The position numbers and the translations under genes are program-made. Positions 38,281-48,096 of a stretch of DNA of 64,000 nucleotides are shown one piece after another. The DNA lies in NCBI GenBank assembly GCA_965243745.1, contig CBDEVR010000002.1:512083-576082 (forward strand), given 5' to 3'. The notes below the pieces were generated by a model that searched no databases, was not told where the DNA came from, and saw only the letters and a program-made list of their open reading frames with translations. The stretch's first letter is position 1, and every line of letters starts with the position of its first letter. Source of the stretch: Dehalococcoidia bacterium. Lineage in GTDB: Bacteria; Chloroflexota; Dehalococcoidia; Lucifugimonadales; Australimonadaceae.

Positions 38281-39966
38281 CTACATCGTCTCGGGCGCGC
38301 TCATGCCCATCAGCGCCAGCGTGCGGGCGAGCGCGACGCGCGCTGCCTCCGTCAACTTGAGGCGCGCCCTCATCAGGGGCGCGTCCGCCGGGTCGGACGA
38401 GAGCACGCGGCAGTGGTCGTAGAACCAGTGGAACGCGGTGGCAAGGTCGACGGCATAGTGCGGCAGCGAGTGCGGCGCAAGCGTCACGGCGATGGAGTCG
38501 ATGATCTCCGGCAGTTGCAGCATCCTGCGCACCAGTGCGAGTTCCGCAGGATCGGTCAGCAGCGAGGTGTCGCCGTCGTCCCAGGTGACGCCGCGCTCGG
38601 CGGCCTGCCGGAGGATGCCGGCGATGCGCGCGTGCGCGTACTGGACGTAGTAGACCGGGTTCTCGCTCGACTCTCTCTTCGCGAGTTCGAGGTCGAACTC
38701 CATCTGGCTCTCAGCGGCGCGTGCGAGGAAGAAGTAGCGGCAGGCGTCCGCTCCCACCTCGTCCACGAGGTCGCCGAGCGTGACGATGTTGCCGGAGCGC
38801 TTGGACGCGCGCACGATGTCGCCGCCGTGCTTCAGCGTCACCAACTGCCCGATGAGGATAGTGAGGCGGTCGGGGTCGAGGTCGAGCGCCTGCATCACCG
38901 CCTTCATGCGCGGCACGTGGCCCTGGTGGTCGGCGCCCCAGATGTCGATCACGCGGTCGAAGCCGCGCCGTCCGAACTTGTCGCGATGGTAGGCGATGTC
39001 GGACGCGAAGTATGTCGGCGCGCCCGTGCTCCGCACGATGACGTTGTCCTTCTCGTCGCCGAGCACAGTGGAGGTGAACCACTCCGCGCCGTCGCGCACG
39101 GCGGTGTAGCCGCGCTCCCGGAGAAGCGCCATCGTCTCCTCGTACTGCCCATTCGCGTAGAGGTCGCGCTCGCGGAACCAGACGTCGAACCCGACGCCGA
39201 TGCGGTCGAGGTCGCCGCGTATCACGTCGAGCATGCGGTTGAGGGCTTCCTCGCCAAGCTCGGCGGCCGCTTCAGCCTCGTTCATCTCGAGGTAGCGCGG
39301 GCCATGACGTCCCGCGAGCTCCTCACCGAGTTCCACAAGGTACGCGCCCTGGTAGCCGTCCTCGGGCAGGGGCACGTCCGTCCTGCCGAGCGCCTCCGCG
39401 TACCGCGCGAGCACGGAGCGGTAGAACAGCTCCATCTGGTTGCCGGCGTCGTTCACGTAGTACTCGCGGGTCACGTCGAACCCGGCGGCGGTGAGCGCGC
39501 TGGCGAGCCCGCTTCCGAGCACCGCGCCACGGGCGTGTCCGACGTGCACCGGCCCGGTGGGGTTCACACTCACGAACTCGATCTGCACCCGCCTACCCGC
39601 ACCCGCGTCCATGTTGCCGAACGCCTCGCCCGCGGCGCGGATAACCTCCACCTGCGCGCGCAACCAGTCGTCGCTCAGCCGGAAGTTCACGAACCCCGGC
39701 GGTGCCGCAGAAACCTCCCCTATGGGGCCGCCGTCCTCCCCCTGCGTGAGCGCATCTGCCAGTACCTGCGCTATCTCCATCGGCGGACGCTTCGCAGCCT
39801 TGGCCACGCGCAGCGGCAGGCCGGAGGCGAAGTCGCCGTGGTCGGCCTTCTGGGGGCGCTCCACGAGACCCGACTGCGGGAGCTCGAATTCCGGCAGCGT
39901 GCCGGTGCGCTGCGCCTCGCCGACGGCGTCGCGCAGGCGTGCGGCGATGAGGTCTCGGACGAGCAT
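38281..39966 (-). CDS. argS: Arginine--tRNA ligase
   Basis: EFVSVNPTGPVHVGHAR, WGADHQG, NPVYYVQYAHARI, C-terminal APETM. Confidence 0.97.
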   Translation of the reverse strand: MLVRDLIAARLRDAVGEAQRTGTLPEFELPQSGLVERPQKADHGDFASGLPLRVAKAAKRPPMEIAQVLADALTQGEDGGPIGEVSAAPPGFVNFRLSDDWLRAQVEVIRAAGEAFGNMDAGAGRRVQIEFVSVNPTGPVHVGHARGAVLGSGLASALTAAGFDVTREYYVNDAGNQMELFYRSVLARYAEALGRTDVPLPEDGYQGAYLVELGEELAGRHGPRYLEMNEAEAAAELGEEALNRMLDVIRGDLDRIGVGFDVWFRERDLYANGQYEETMALLRERGYTAVRDGAEWFTSTVLGDEKDNVIVRSTGAPTYFASDIAYHRDKFGRRGFDRVIDIWGADHQGHVPRMKAVMQALDLDPDRLTILIGQLVTLKHGGDIVRASKRSGNIVTLGDLVDEVGADACRYFFLARAAESQMEFDLELAKRESSENPVYYVQYAHARIAGILRQAAERGVTWDDGDTSLLTDPAELALVRRMLQLPEIIDSIAVTLAPHSLPHYAVDLATAFHWFYDHCRVLSSDPADAPLMRARLKLTEAARVALARTLALMGMSAPETM

Positions 39967-40069
39967 AGGACGTTCATGATACCAGCGCCCCGCGGGAAAC
40001 CGCGCACCAGTGGCGTTGTCGGTTCCGATGGGGATGCGTTACGCTCCCCGCCGAACCGGAGAGCAGAGG

Positions 40070-41467
40070 TTGAGTGCCGTGACTATCCTGCGCATCCTGT
40101 CGTACCGCCGTCCCCCCATCATCCTTGCCGTGTCCGGTGTTCTCGCGCTGGCGCTGTTCGTTGCCCAGCCCGCCGTCGCGCGCGCCGCGGACGTCGCTAC
40201 GGAGACGGCGTTCGTCCTCAACACGTTCGCGTTCCTCGTCTGGGGTGCGCTGGTGATGTGGATGGCCGCCGGGTTCACGATGCTGGAGGCCGGCTCGGTC
40301 CGCACCAAGAACGCCTCCATGATCTGCATGAAGAACATCGGCCTCTACTCCATCGCGGGGCTGGCCTACTTCTTCGTCGGCTACAACCTGATGTACGTGG
40401 ACATCGTCGGGGGCTTCATCGGCTCGTTCAACCTGCTCTACGGGCCGTCGGCCGAAGAGGTGGCCTTGCTTGGGGGCGACGGCAGCACGGCCGCAGTCGT
40501 GGAGGAGAGCAGCTACTCAGTGATGTCGGACTGGTTCTTCCAGATGGTGTTCGTGGCGACCGCCGCCTCGATCGTCTCCGGCGCGCTGGCCGAGCGGGTG
40601 AAGATGTGGTCGTTCTTCATCTTCACACTCCTGCTGACGGGGTTCATCTACCCGGTTGTCGGCGCGTGGACGTGGGGAGAGGGATGGCTCTACGAGATGG
40701 GATTCCAGGACTTTGCGGGGTCGACCATCGTGCACAGCACCGGCGGCTGGGCCGCGCTGGCGGGCATACTCGTCGTCGGGCCGAGGCTCGGAAAGTTCGG
40801 ACGCGACGGCAAGGCCAGACCGACACCGCCCTCCAACACCATCGCGGTGACGCTCGGCGTCTTCATCCTCTGGCTCGGCTGGTTCGGCTTCAACGGCGGG
40901 TCGCAGCTTGCGCTCGCCAGCGCGGTAGACGCGGTTGCGATGAGCATCGTGATCGTGAACACCAACCTCGCCGCCGCCGCGGGCGTCATCACTGCCATAC
41001 TGGTCTCGCGCTGGATACTCGGACGCATAGACCTCTTCGCCGCGCTGAACGGCGCCATCGCCGGACTCGTCTCCATCACTGCTGGGCCCGATATCGTCGA
41101 CCACTACTGGGCGATCATCATCGGGGCGATCGGCGGCGTCATCGTCGTCGCCGGGCTCAAGCTGCTGGAGACGGTGAAACTGGACGACGTCGTGGGCGCG
41201 GTGCCAGCGCACCTGTTCGCGGGCATCTGGGGCACGCTCGCCGCCGCCATCGCCGCAGGGGCGCAGTTCCACGTGCAGTTGATCGGCGTGCTGGCGGTGG
41301 GAGCGTTCGTCTTCCCCGTCTCATGGCTGCTCTGGCAGGGGTTCAGGCTGACGCTGGGCGCGCGGGTGCCGTCCAACATCGAGCGGCTGGGGCAGGACGT
41401 CGGCGAGCTGGGGATCGAGGCATACCCCGAGTTCGTGCTGATGCCGGAGCCGCACGACGAGGACTGA
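40070..41467 (+). CDS. amt: Ammonium transporter
   Basis: FFQMVF, SGALAER, DFAGSTIVH, LWLGWFGFNGGS, DDVVGAVPAH; start position uncertain. Confidence 0.93.
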   Translation: MSAVTILRILSYRRPPIILAVSGVLALALFVAQPAVARAADVATETAFVLNTFAFLVWGALVMWMAAGFTMLEAGSVRTKNASMICMKNIGLYSIAGLAYFFVGYNLMYVDIVGGFIGSFNLLYGPSAEEVALLGGDGSTAAVVEESSYSVMSDWFFQMVFVATAASIVSGALAERVKMWSFFIFTLLLTGFIYPVVGAWTWGEGWLYEMGFQDFAGSTIVHSTGGWAALAGILVVGPRLGKFGRDGKARPTPPSNTIAVTLGVFILWLGWFGFNGGSQLALASAVDAVAMSIVIVNTNLAAAAGVITAILVSRWILGRIDLFAALNGAIAGLVSITAGPDIVDHYWAIIIGAIGGVIVVAGLKLLETVKLDDVVGAVPAHLFAGIWGTLAAAIAAGAQFHVQLIGVLAVGAFVFPVSWLLWQGFRLTLGARVPSNIERLGQDVGELGIEAYPEFVLMPEPHDED

Positions 41468-41531
41468 CGCCGTTCAACGAACGCGCGACGGCTTATACTA
41501 CCCGCACAACACCGACCCGGAGGCGCGGACC

Positions 41532-42395
41532 ATGCTTGTCGACCTCGTGCACACCAAGACCAGTGACGGCGTTACCCTGAGCGGCATCGTGCTGGAGCCG
41601 GAGCAGCCCCGCACGGACCTGCTCGTGGACGCGATGGTGATGGTGCACGGCTCCGCGGGCAACTTCTACCTCTCGCCCTCCAACCCGCGCGCCGCGAAGC
41701 TGCGCGACATGGGCGTCCCCACCGCGCTCTTCAACACGCGGGGCCACGACGTGGTGGGTGGTCGCGCCGGGAAGGTGCGGACGGGCAACGTCTACGAGCT
41801 GCTCTCCGAGACCCACCTGGACCTGCAGGCGACGGTGGCGTTCATGGTGGAGCGCGGCTACGAGCGCGTGGGCATCTGGGGCAGCAGCCTCGGGGCGGTG
41901 CGGGTCGTGCTCGCGCAGGCGAAGAACCAGGACCCGAACGTCGCCGCGGTCATATCGCTCGCGCCGCTGCGCTTCTCCCACGAGTACTACTCGGCCTGCG
42001 AGATGGGCGAGGAGCACCTGCGCAACTACGAGAACGCGAAAGCGCTCGTTGCCGAGGGACGCGGCCACGAGATCATGTTCGTGGACTTCCCCAACCCAGG
42101 CGCGTACTTCTCCGCCGACGTCTATCTCGACCGTCACTGCTCCGAGCACTACGACATCACGAAAGCCCACACGAATGAGATCGCGTGCCCGCTGCTCATC
42201 CTCACCGGCACCGAGGAGCAGCACCCGCGCATGCGCGACGCGGGCCGCGACATGGCGGCGCTCTGCGAGGGCATGGACAACGTGACCTGGGTGCACCTCG
42301 AGGGCGGCGACCACGGCTGGCACAACAAGGAGGACGACCTCTTCCGAGTCGTGCCGGAGTGGCTGGGGGTGAAGACGCCAGCCAGCGTGGGTTAG
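41532..42395 (+). CDS. Alpha/beta hydrolase
   Basis: VHG, WGSSLG nucleophile elbow, GGDH. Confidence 0.85.
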   Translation: MLVDLVHTKTSDGVTLSGIVLEPEQPRTDLLVDAMVMVHGSAGNFYLSPSNPRAAKLRDMGVPTALFNTRGHDVVGGRAGKVRTGNVYELLSETHLDLQATVAFMVERGYERVGIWGSSLGAVRVVLAQAKNQDPNVAAVISLAPLRFSHEYYSACEMGEEHLRNYENAKALVAEGRGHEIMFVDFPNPGAYFSADVYLDRHCSEHYDITKAHTNEIACPLLILTGTEEQHPRMRDAGRDMAALCEGMDNVTWVHLEGGDHGWHNKEDDLFRVVPEWLGVKTPASVG

Positions 42396-42409
42396 GGGCG
42401 CGTTGCGAA

Positions 42410-42694
42410 CTAGCTCCGGGCGGTCAGGAGCCTCGACGCTTCTTGCCGGGTCCAGGCATCTGCCTTCGACCTGGCGATCTTCTCCAGTGCGTCCCGGCCG
42501 CGCATCGCCTTGATGATGCGCCGGGCGCCGCTCGTCCGGCTCCGGCAGGCTTTGGACGGATAGCCTTCCGCCTCTTCGATCTGTGCAGCGATGTCCTCGT
42601 TCGTAAGCGACAGGTCGCAGAACTGCCTGAAGTAGGTGATGAAGCACCTCATGCCCACCGAGTTCAGGGTCCGCACAAACTGCTGCTCGTTCAT
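42410..42694 (-). CDS. Small hypothetical protein
   Basis: GGAGG RBS, 94 aa, fills the gap between hydrolase and flavin reductase. Confidence 0.65.
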   Translation of the reverse strand: MNEQQFVRTLNSVGMRCFITYFRQFCDLSLTNEDIAAQIEEAEGYPSKACRSRTSGARRIIKAMRGRDALEKIARSKADAWTRQEASRLLTARS

Positions 42695-42748
42695 CGTCCC
42701 GGCCTCCAGCTCTGCGCGAGTTGTAAGGATGCTCTATCCTACACGCCG

Positions 42749-43228
42749 ATGACAGCCGACCCCACCCTCTACCGCCAGGCGTGGCGCAGGTTCCCTACCG
42801 GCGTGAGCGTGGTCACCACACGCTCGCCGGACGGCGCGCCCTACGCCACGACCGCGAACGCGCTCCTCTCCGTGTCGCTCGAACCGCCGCTGCTGCTGCT
42901 GAGCGTCGCGACGGGTGGAAACACCTGCGACTATCTCCGCAAGGAGGAGTGCTTCGGGGTGAACTTCCTCCGCGGCAACCAGGCCGAGGTGGCGGACTTC
43001 TACGGGCGGGCCGCGCCGGAGGAGCGCCGAACGCTGCCCGAAGCGCACACGATGCACGAGAGCGGCGTCGCGCTGCTGGACGATGCGCTCGTCGGCATGG
43101 TCTGCCATATCGAGCAGCAGGTGGAGGCGGGCGACCACACCCTGTTCGTCGCGGCGGTCGAGCACGTCGAGGTCCGGGAAGGCGGAGCGCTCCTCTTCCA
43201 CGAGGGGCAGTACAGCAGCACCGGGTAA
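42749..43228 (+). CDS. Flavin reductase (HpaC/DIM6 family)
   Basis: FPTGVSVVT, SVSLEPP, AGDHTLF. Confidence 0.92.
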   Translation: MTADPTLYRQAWRRFPTGVSVVTTRSPDGAPYATTANALLSVSLEPPLLLLSVATGGNTCDYLRKEECFGVNFLRGNQAEVADFYGRAAPEERRTLPEAHTMHESGVALLDDALVGMVCHIEQQVEAGDHTLFVAAVEHVEVREGGALLFHEGQYSSTG

Positions 43229-43235
43229 CGCGGCC

Positions 43236-44239
43236 CTACTGCTCCCAGTACGCGAAGCCCATGCCGCACGGCGACGCAAAGACCGGCACGTAGTCATCAC
43301 CACGCCCTGCTGGCCGTCCGCGACGCCTGCGGCAGCGACCCAGTTGCGCGTCTCGCCGGTGCCGCTGCCGATGCCGGTGTACATCCCCGTGCCGCCGTCG
43401 ACCCAGCGCGCCGTTTTCGGGCCGTAGTCCGCCGGAGGGGTGGCCCCCTCCGCATCGAACGCGTCGGCCATCCCCTTGGCGTCGCCCGTCGGGATATACG
43501 AGAGGATGCGCTCGTCGAACTCCGTGTTGAGCCACGACGTTGGGCTGCCCGGCGTGTGCCACAGCCCGCCCGAGCCGAGGACGGCAACGCGCAGGTCCAG
43601 CGGGGAAGCCTCGATCACCTCGCGCACAGCCCTGCCGAGCCGGTAGCAGCGGTTGGCCGACGGCTGCGGCCCGAAGTAGCAGTTCAGGAAGAACGGGATC
43701 ATCGGGACGTCGAAGTCGGGGACGATGCGGGTGAAGGGGCGCATGAACGCATGCCCCATGCCATGCTCCTTGTTCGGTATCTCGAAGCTGAACGAGATGT
43801 CGAAGTCCCGGTGTGTGAGTCCGACCGCGAGTTCCTGGGCGAGTTGCGGATTGCTCTGCACCTTCACCCATGTCTCGGGCGTCTTCTCGCGCCAGCCCCG
43901 CTGCTCTCCGGGGATGAAGCCCGTCCGCGCGCTCGTCCGGTAGCCCTCGAACTCCTCCCCGACGAAGACGCCGAAGGCGGGGAAATTGTCCAACCCGAAC
44001 TGCTCCTGCTGGTCGTCCCCGAAGATGAGGATGACGTCAGGCTTCGCCTCTTCCATCTTCTGCCGCAGCACCTGGAACGCGTCCATGCAGCGCTGGTACT
44101 GAGCGGCGTTCTCCTCCTCGGACATGACGGGGTTGTCGGGCAACGGAGGGCGGGCGGCCCGCACCAGGTTCCATTGGTGCGGCTCCATGAAGAGGAAGGG
44201 GGAGTGAGAACAGGCCTCGACGAGCACGATCTCTGCCAT
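43236..44239 (-). pseudogene. DesZ/LigB-type extradiol dioxygenase with 1-nt frameshift near the 3' end
   Basis: MAEIVL..SHSP, FGDDQ, GHAF, SGGLWH, GETRNW; conserved tail DYVPVFASPCGMGFAYW is in another frame from about 43295. Confidence 0.75.
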
Positions 44240-44336
44240 TGCGGCCTCCTTGCGCCGTCCTCACGAAGGCGGCGGTGCGTTCCTGCCGGGCGATGTCCGG
44301 GCGCGATGCGGTTACTTTACTCCAAAACGGCGCGAT

Positions 44337-44426
44337 TGGCGGAGGGAGTGGGATTCGAACCCACGGTACCGTCGCCGGCACAGCGGTTTTCAAGACCGCC
44401 GCAATCGTCCACTCTGCCATCCCTCC
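44337..44426 (-). tRNA. tRNA-Ser(TGA)
   Basis: Anticodon arm GCGGT-CTTGAAA-ACCGC, long variable arm, CCA end. Confidence 0.95.
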
Positions 44427-44533
44427 GTGCAGCTCAATAGTAGCACCGACCCGCCGCTTCACGCCCCGTGCAGGCGTCCGCCGCCGTTCTCCGGCCTGCT
44501 AAACTCTCGCGAGACTCCTCCCGAGGTTGTGCA

Positions 44534-46627
44534 TTGCCGCCTGAACTGACCGGACGACTCGACTTCTGGAATGTCGGCTATCCGCTGGGGGCGATCGTCT
44601 ACCTCACCGCGCCCATCGCGCTGGCCGCCATCGCCTGGGCGCTCTGGCAGCGCTCGCGCTACTGGCGGCTCGGCAAGCCGAACCCGGACGCAGGGCCGTG
44701 GCGCGCGCGGCTCGCGGGAGGTCTCCGAACGCTGTTCGTCGACTCCATCGGCCACCGCCGTTTCGTGCGGAACGAGCGCTACCCCGGCGCGATGCACTTC
44801 CTCATCTTCTGGGGCATCGTCATCCTGTTCATCGCCACGTCGCTCGACGCCATCGAGTTCAACGCGGAGCAGTACCTTGGCTGGCACCTGCCGACCAAGG
44901 ACATCACCCTGCAACTCGAACTGATCTGGGACATCGGCGGCGTCATGCTCATCGCGGGCATCGCACTCGCCGCGTGGCGGCGGTACGTCGTGCGCCCGCC
45001 ACGGCTGAACACCATGTTGGAGAACAACGTGCTGCTCGTCCTGCTGCTGGCAAGCGCGCTCTCTGGCTTCGTCCTGCAGTCGCTCCGCATGGCAGCGACG
45101 GAGATGGAGCCCACGAGCGACCTCTATAGCATGGCGTCGGCGTACTGGTCGCCGTTCTCCTACGTCATCGCGGTGGGTATCCGCGGACTTGGGTTCACGG
45201 TCTATGCGATGGAGGTCTCGCACTTCGCGCTCTGGTGGGCGCACGCGGGGTTGATGTCAGCGACGTTCGTCTACGCGGCATGGCGGTTCGGGCCGCTCAT
45301 GCACATCTTCGTCAGTCCGCTCAACCTCGTGATGCGCTCCTCGGTCACGCGGCCCAAGGGGGCGCTCCGCCCGATGGGCGACCTCGACACGCTGGAGGTG
45401 TTCGGGGCGCGGGAGATCACCGACCTGACATCCAAGCAGTTGCTCGACTACGACGCCTGCACGAACTGCGGGCGGTGCCAGGACCAGTGCCCCGCGTGGC
45501 GGAGCGGCAAGCCGCTCTCGCCCCGGAAGCTGGTCCAGGACGCGAAGGCCTACATGGAGTCCCGGGCACCCGTGCTGCTGGCACAGGGCGCGGACGCCGA
45601 GCCGCCCCCGCCGGAGGCCGACCTCGTCCACGACGCAATAACGACCGACGTGCTCTGGTCGTGCACCACATGCCGCGCGTGCATGGAGGCCTGCCCGGCG
45701 TTCGTCGAGCACATCGACTCCATCGTGGACATGCGCCGCTTCCTCGCGATGGAGGAGGCCGACGTGCCGGAGGGCGCGATGAACGCGCTCACCTCCATGG
45801 AGCAGCGGGGCCACCCGTGGCGCGGCACCCAGGCCACCCGCACCGACTGGATGGAGGGCGCGGACGCCGTGGCGATGAGCGAGGACCCGGAGCATGACGT
45901 GCTGCTGTGGGTCGGCTGCACGTCGGCTCTCGATGGGCGCGGACAGCAGGTCGCGCGGGCGATGGCGTCGGTGCTGAAACTCGCAGGCGTGAAGTACCGC
46001 GTGCTGGGCAGCGAGGAGACGTGCACCGGCGACCCCGCCCGCCGCATGGGGAACGAGTACCTCTTCCAGATGATGGCGGAGCAGAACATCGAGACGCTGA
46101 ACGGCTACGAGGTGCGCCGGATCGTGACACTCTGCCCGCACTGCTTCAACACGCTGAAGAACGAGTACCCGCAGTTCGGCGGGAACTTCGAGGTGACGCA
46201 CTACACCGAGTTCGTTGCGGGACTGATCCGCGACGGGCGCATCCGGCCCACCAAGGCCGTGCCACTATCGGTCGCCTACCACGACTCGTGCTACCTGGGA
46301 CGCCACAACGACATCTACGAGCCACCGCGTGAGATAGCGCGGGCCATCCCCGGCCTGGACCTCGTGGAGATGGGAGAGGGGCGCTGCCGCGAGCGCGGCT
46401 TCTGCTGCGGCGCGGGCGGCGGGCGCATGTGGATGGAGGAGCAGGGCACGCGCGTCAACCACATCCGCACCGACCACTTCCTCGAAACCGGCGCCGACGC
46501 CGTCGGCGTATCCTGCCCGTTCTGCCTCCAGATGATGGAAGAGGGCATCGGCGCCAAGGGGCAGGAAGACAGCAGGTCCGCAAAGGACCTGCTGGAGCTG
46601 CTGGCGGAGAGCCTGGAGGAGGCGTAG
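44534..46627 (+). CDS. Membrane-bound Fe-S oxidoreductase (FadF/HdrD-like)
   Basis: N-terminal TM region, CTNCGRCQDQCP and CTTCRACMEACP, CCG domains (HDSCYLGR, CCGAGGG). Confidence 0.9.
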   Translation: MPPELTGRLDFWNVGYPLGAIVYLTAPIALAAIAWALWQRSRYWRLGKPNPDAGPWRARLAGGLRTLFVDSIGHRRFVRNERYPGAMHFLIFWGIVILFIATSLDAIEFNAEQYLGWHLPTKDITLQLELIWDIGGVMLIAGIALAAWRRYVVRPPRLNTMLENNVLLVLLLASALSGFVLQSLRMAATEMEPTSDLYSMASAYWSPFSYVIAVGIRGLGFTVYAMEVSHFALWWAHAGLMSATFVYAAWRFGPLMHIFVSPLNLVMRSSVTRPKGALRPMGDLDTLEVFGAREITDLTSKQLLDYDACTNCGRCQDQCPAWRSGKPLSPRKLVQDAKAYMESRAPVLLAQGADAEPPPPEADLVHDAITTDVLWSCTTCRACMEACPAFVEHIDSIVDMRRFLAMEEADVPEGAMNALTSMEQRGHPWRGTQATRTDWMEGADAVAMSEDPEHDVLLWVGCTSALDGRGQQVARAMASVLKLAGVKYRVLGSEETCTGDPARRMGNEYLFQMMAEQNIETLNGYEVRRIVTLCPHCFNTLKNEYPQFGGNFEVTHYTEFVAGLIRDGRIRPTKAVPLSVAYHDSCYLGRHNDIYEPPREIARAIPGLDLVEMGEGRCRERGFCCGAGGGRMWMEEQGTRVNHIRTDHFLETGADAVGVSCPFCLQMMEEGIGAKGQEDSRSAKDLLELLAESLEEA

Positions 46628-46630
46628 CGT

Positions 46631-47458
46631 CTACTCGTCGTCCTCGGGAAGGTCGGGCAGCAGCGCGTCGTCGAAGATGCCGATGCCCGCGCCGACGGCG
46701 GCCAGTTCCGGCGAGTCGTCGAGAAGCGACAGCGGCACCTCCGGCACGTTGACCGGGGTCGTGTCCGGCGCTTCCACGGCGTCGAGTGCAGGGAGGAGCG
46801 GCTCCTCGACGGGCTTCGGCTGCGCCGGGAACGACACCTTGGAGCGCTGGCTCGGGTGCTGGTACGCCTCCCGCAGCACAACGCGCACCGCGCCGTTCGC
46901 GGTGCCGGAGACCGCGCCTTCGTAGCGGTTGCCGCCTGAGATGAGGCAGAGCAGGCGGCGCGCCATGTTCGGGGGCACCAGGCCGAGGCAGTTGCCGTCC
47001 GGGTCCATGACGCCGAGCGTCGAGCCGTTCGCCTCGAGCGTCACCGGCGTACCGGGCGAGGAGTTACCTACGTCCGTCGAGGCCAGCAGCGTTACGTCGG
47101 TGCTCTTGCCGTGGTCCGCGATGAACATACGCGGCTTGAGCGTGCCGCCGCTGCCGGAGCGGCGGGCCGATGCACCGTCGGCCTCGGCCATCAGCCGGTC
47201 CACGTTCTTGACGGCGATGGGGTTGTCCGGGCTGAACACGAGCGCGCGGCGGAAGGCGTCGAGCGCCGCCCCGAACTCACCGAGTTCGGTGAGCGCCTTG
47301 CCCAGGCGGTTCATCGCCTCCACGTTATCGGGCGCCGCCTCCAGTATCTCGCGGTTCAGTTGGGCGGCCTCCGCCCACTCCCCGTCCATGGCCAGGCGCA
47401 CCGCATTCCTTGTCTGCTCCTTCAACAACCGGACATGCTCCTCTTCACGGTAGATCAT
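46631..47458 (-). CDS. Tetratricopeptide-repeat protein
   Basis: PDNVEAMNRLGKALTELGEFGAALDAFRRALVFSPDN TPR pattern. Confidence 0.82.
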   Translation of the reverse strand: MIYREEEHVRLLKEQTRNAVRLAMDGEWAEAAQLNREILEAAPDNVEAMNRLGKALTELGEFGAALDAFRRALVFSPDNPIAVKNVDRLMAEADGASARRSGSGGTLKPRMFIADHGKSTDVTLLASTDVGNSSPGTPVTLEANGSTLGVMDPDGNCLGLVPPNMARRLLCLISGGNRYEGAVSGTANGAVRVVLREAYQHPSQRSKVSFPAQPKPVEEPLLPALDAVEAPDTTPVNVPEVPLSLLDDSPELAAVGAGIGIFDDALLPDLPEDDE

Positions 47459-47517
47459 GACGACGACTCCCGTCGCCGGCGCACGCACCCCCTCTTGTGG
47501 CGGCGTCTCTCTGTTGC

Positions 47518-47919
47518 TTACGAACCTCTCATCAGGCGGTGCTCGATGGCCATGCATTTGTCCATAACGACGCGCATGCCCGCGGCTTCCGCCTTCGCTG
47601 CTGCCTCGCCGTGGGATATCCCCAGTTGCATCCACACGGCGGAGGCCCCTATGCGGATGGCCCCGTCCACGACGGGCGGCACATCCACCGCTCTCCTGAA
47701 TATGTCCACCACGTCGACGTGCTCAGGCACGTCCTCCAGCCTGGCGTACGGCTGCTCACCGAGCACCGGTCCCGTCAGTTTCGGGTTGACCGGGATGATG
47801 CGGTAGCCGTGCTCCTGCATGTACCTCGCGACCCCGTGCGACGGACGGTCAGGCCTGTCCGACAGGCCGACGACCGCGATGACCGTGCTCTCGCGCAGTA
47901 TCTGCTCCGCCATGTCCAC
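47518..47919 (-). CDS. CoA-binding protein (YccU-like)
   Basis: IAVVGLS, IIPVNP, VDIFR, VWMQLGI. Confidence 0.9.
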   Translation of the reverse strand: MDMAEQILRESTVIAVVGLSDRPDRPSHGVARYMQEHGYRIIPVNPKLTGPVLGEQPYARLEDVPEHVDVVDIFRRAVDVPPVVDGAIRIGASAVWMQLGISHGEAAAKAEAAGMRVVMDKCMAIEHRLMRGS

Positions 47920-48096
47920 GGGGCCGCTTCCTCCACGCTCCGGAATTATTGAGACGCTAGATTGACGTTCCGCGCGCCCAGCGTCAAGCGTATTTCGTGG
48001 GAGATTCCGCGGGTTTTGGGAGGGTGCCCTCAGGCGGGGCGACAGTCAGTGGCAAATCGTCGCGACGCCCGACGCGACCACGAGGGGTGACGAGCG

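Noticed and set aside
40070-41467. amt without adjacent glnK
   Set aside because: Unlinked amt paralogs are common and both conserved pore histidines are present.
38194-41580. 1128-aa plus-strand ORF
   Set aside because: Antisense shadow of argS running into an off-frame of amt; typical of high-GC DNA, no motifs.
42734-43235. C-terminal extension of the 501-aa dioxygenase ORF
   Set aside because: Product of the 1-nt frameshift; antisense to the real flavin reductase gene.
47960-47990. TTGACG..CGTCAA inverted repeat upstream of the CoA-binding gene
   Set aside because: Only 6 bp per arm and one arm is explained as a -35 box; insufficient for an operator call.
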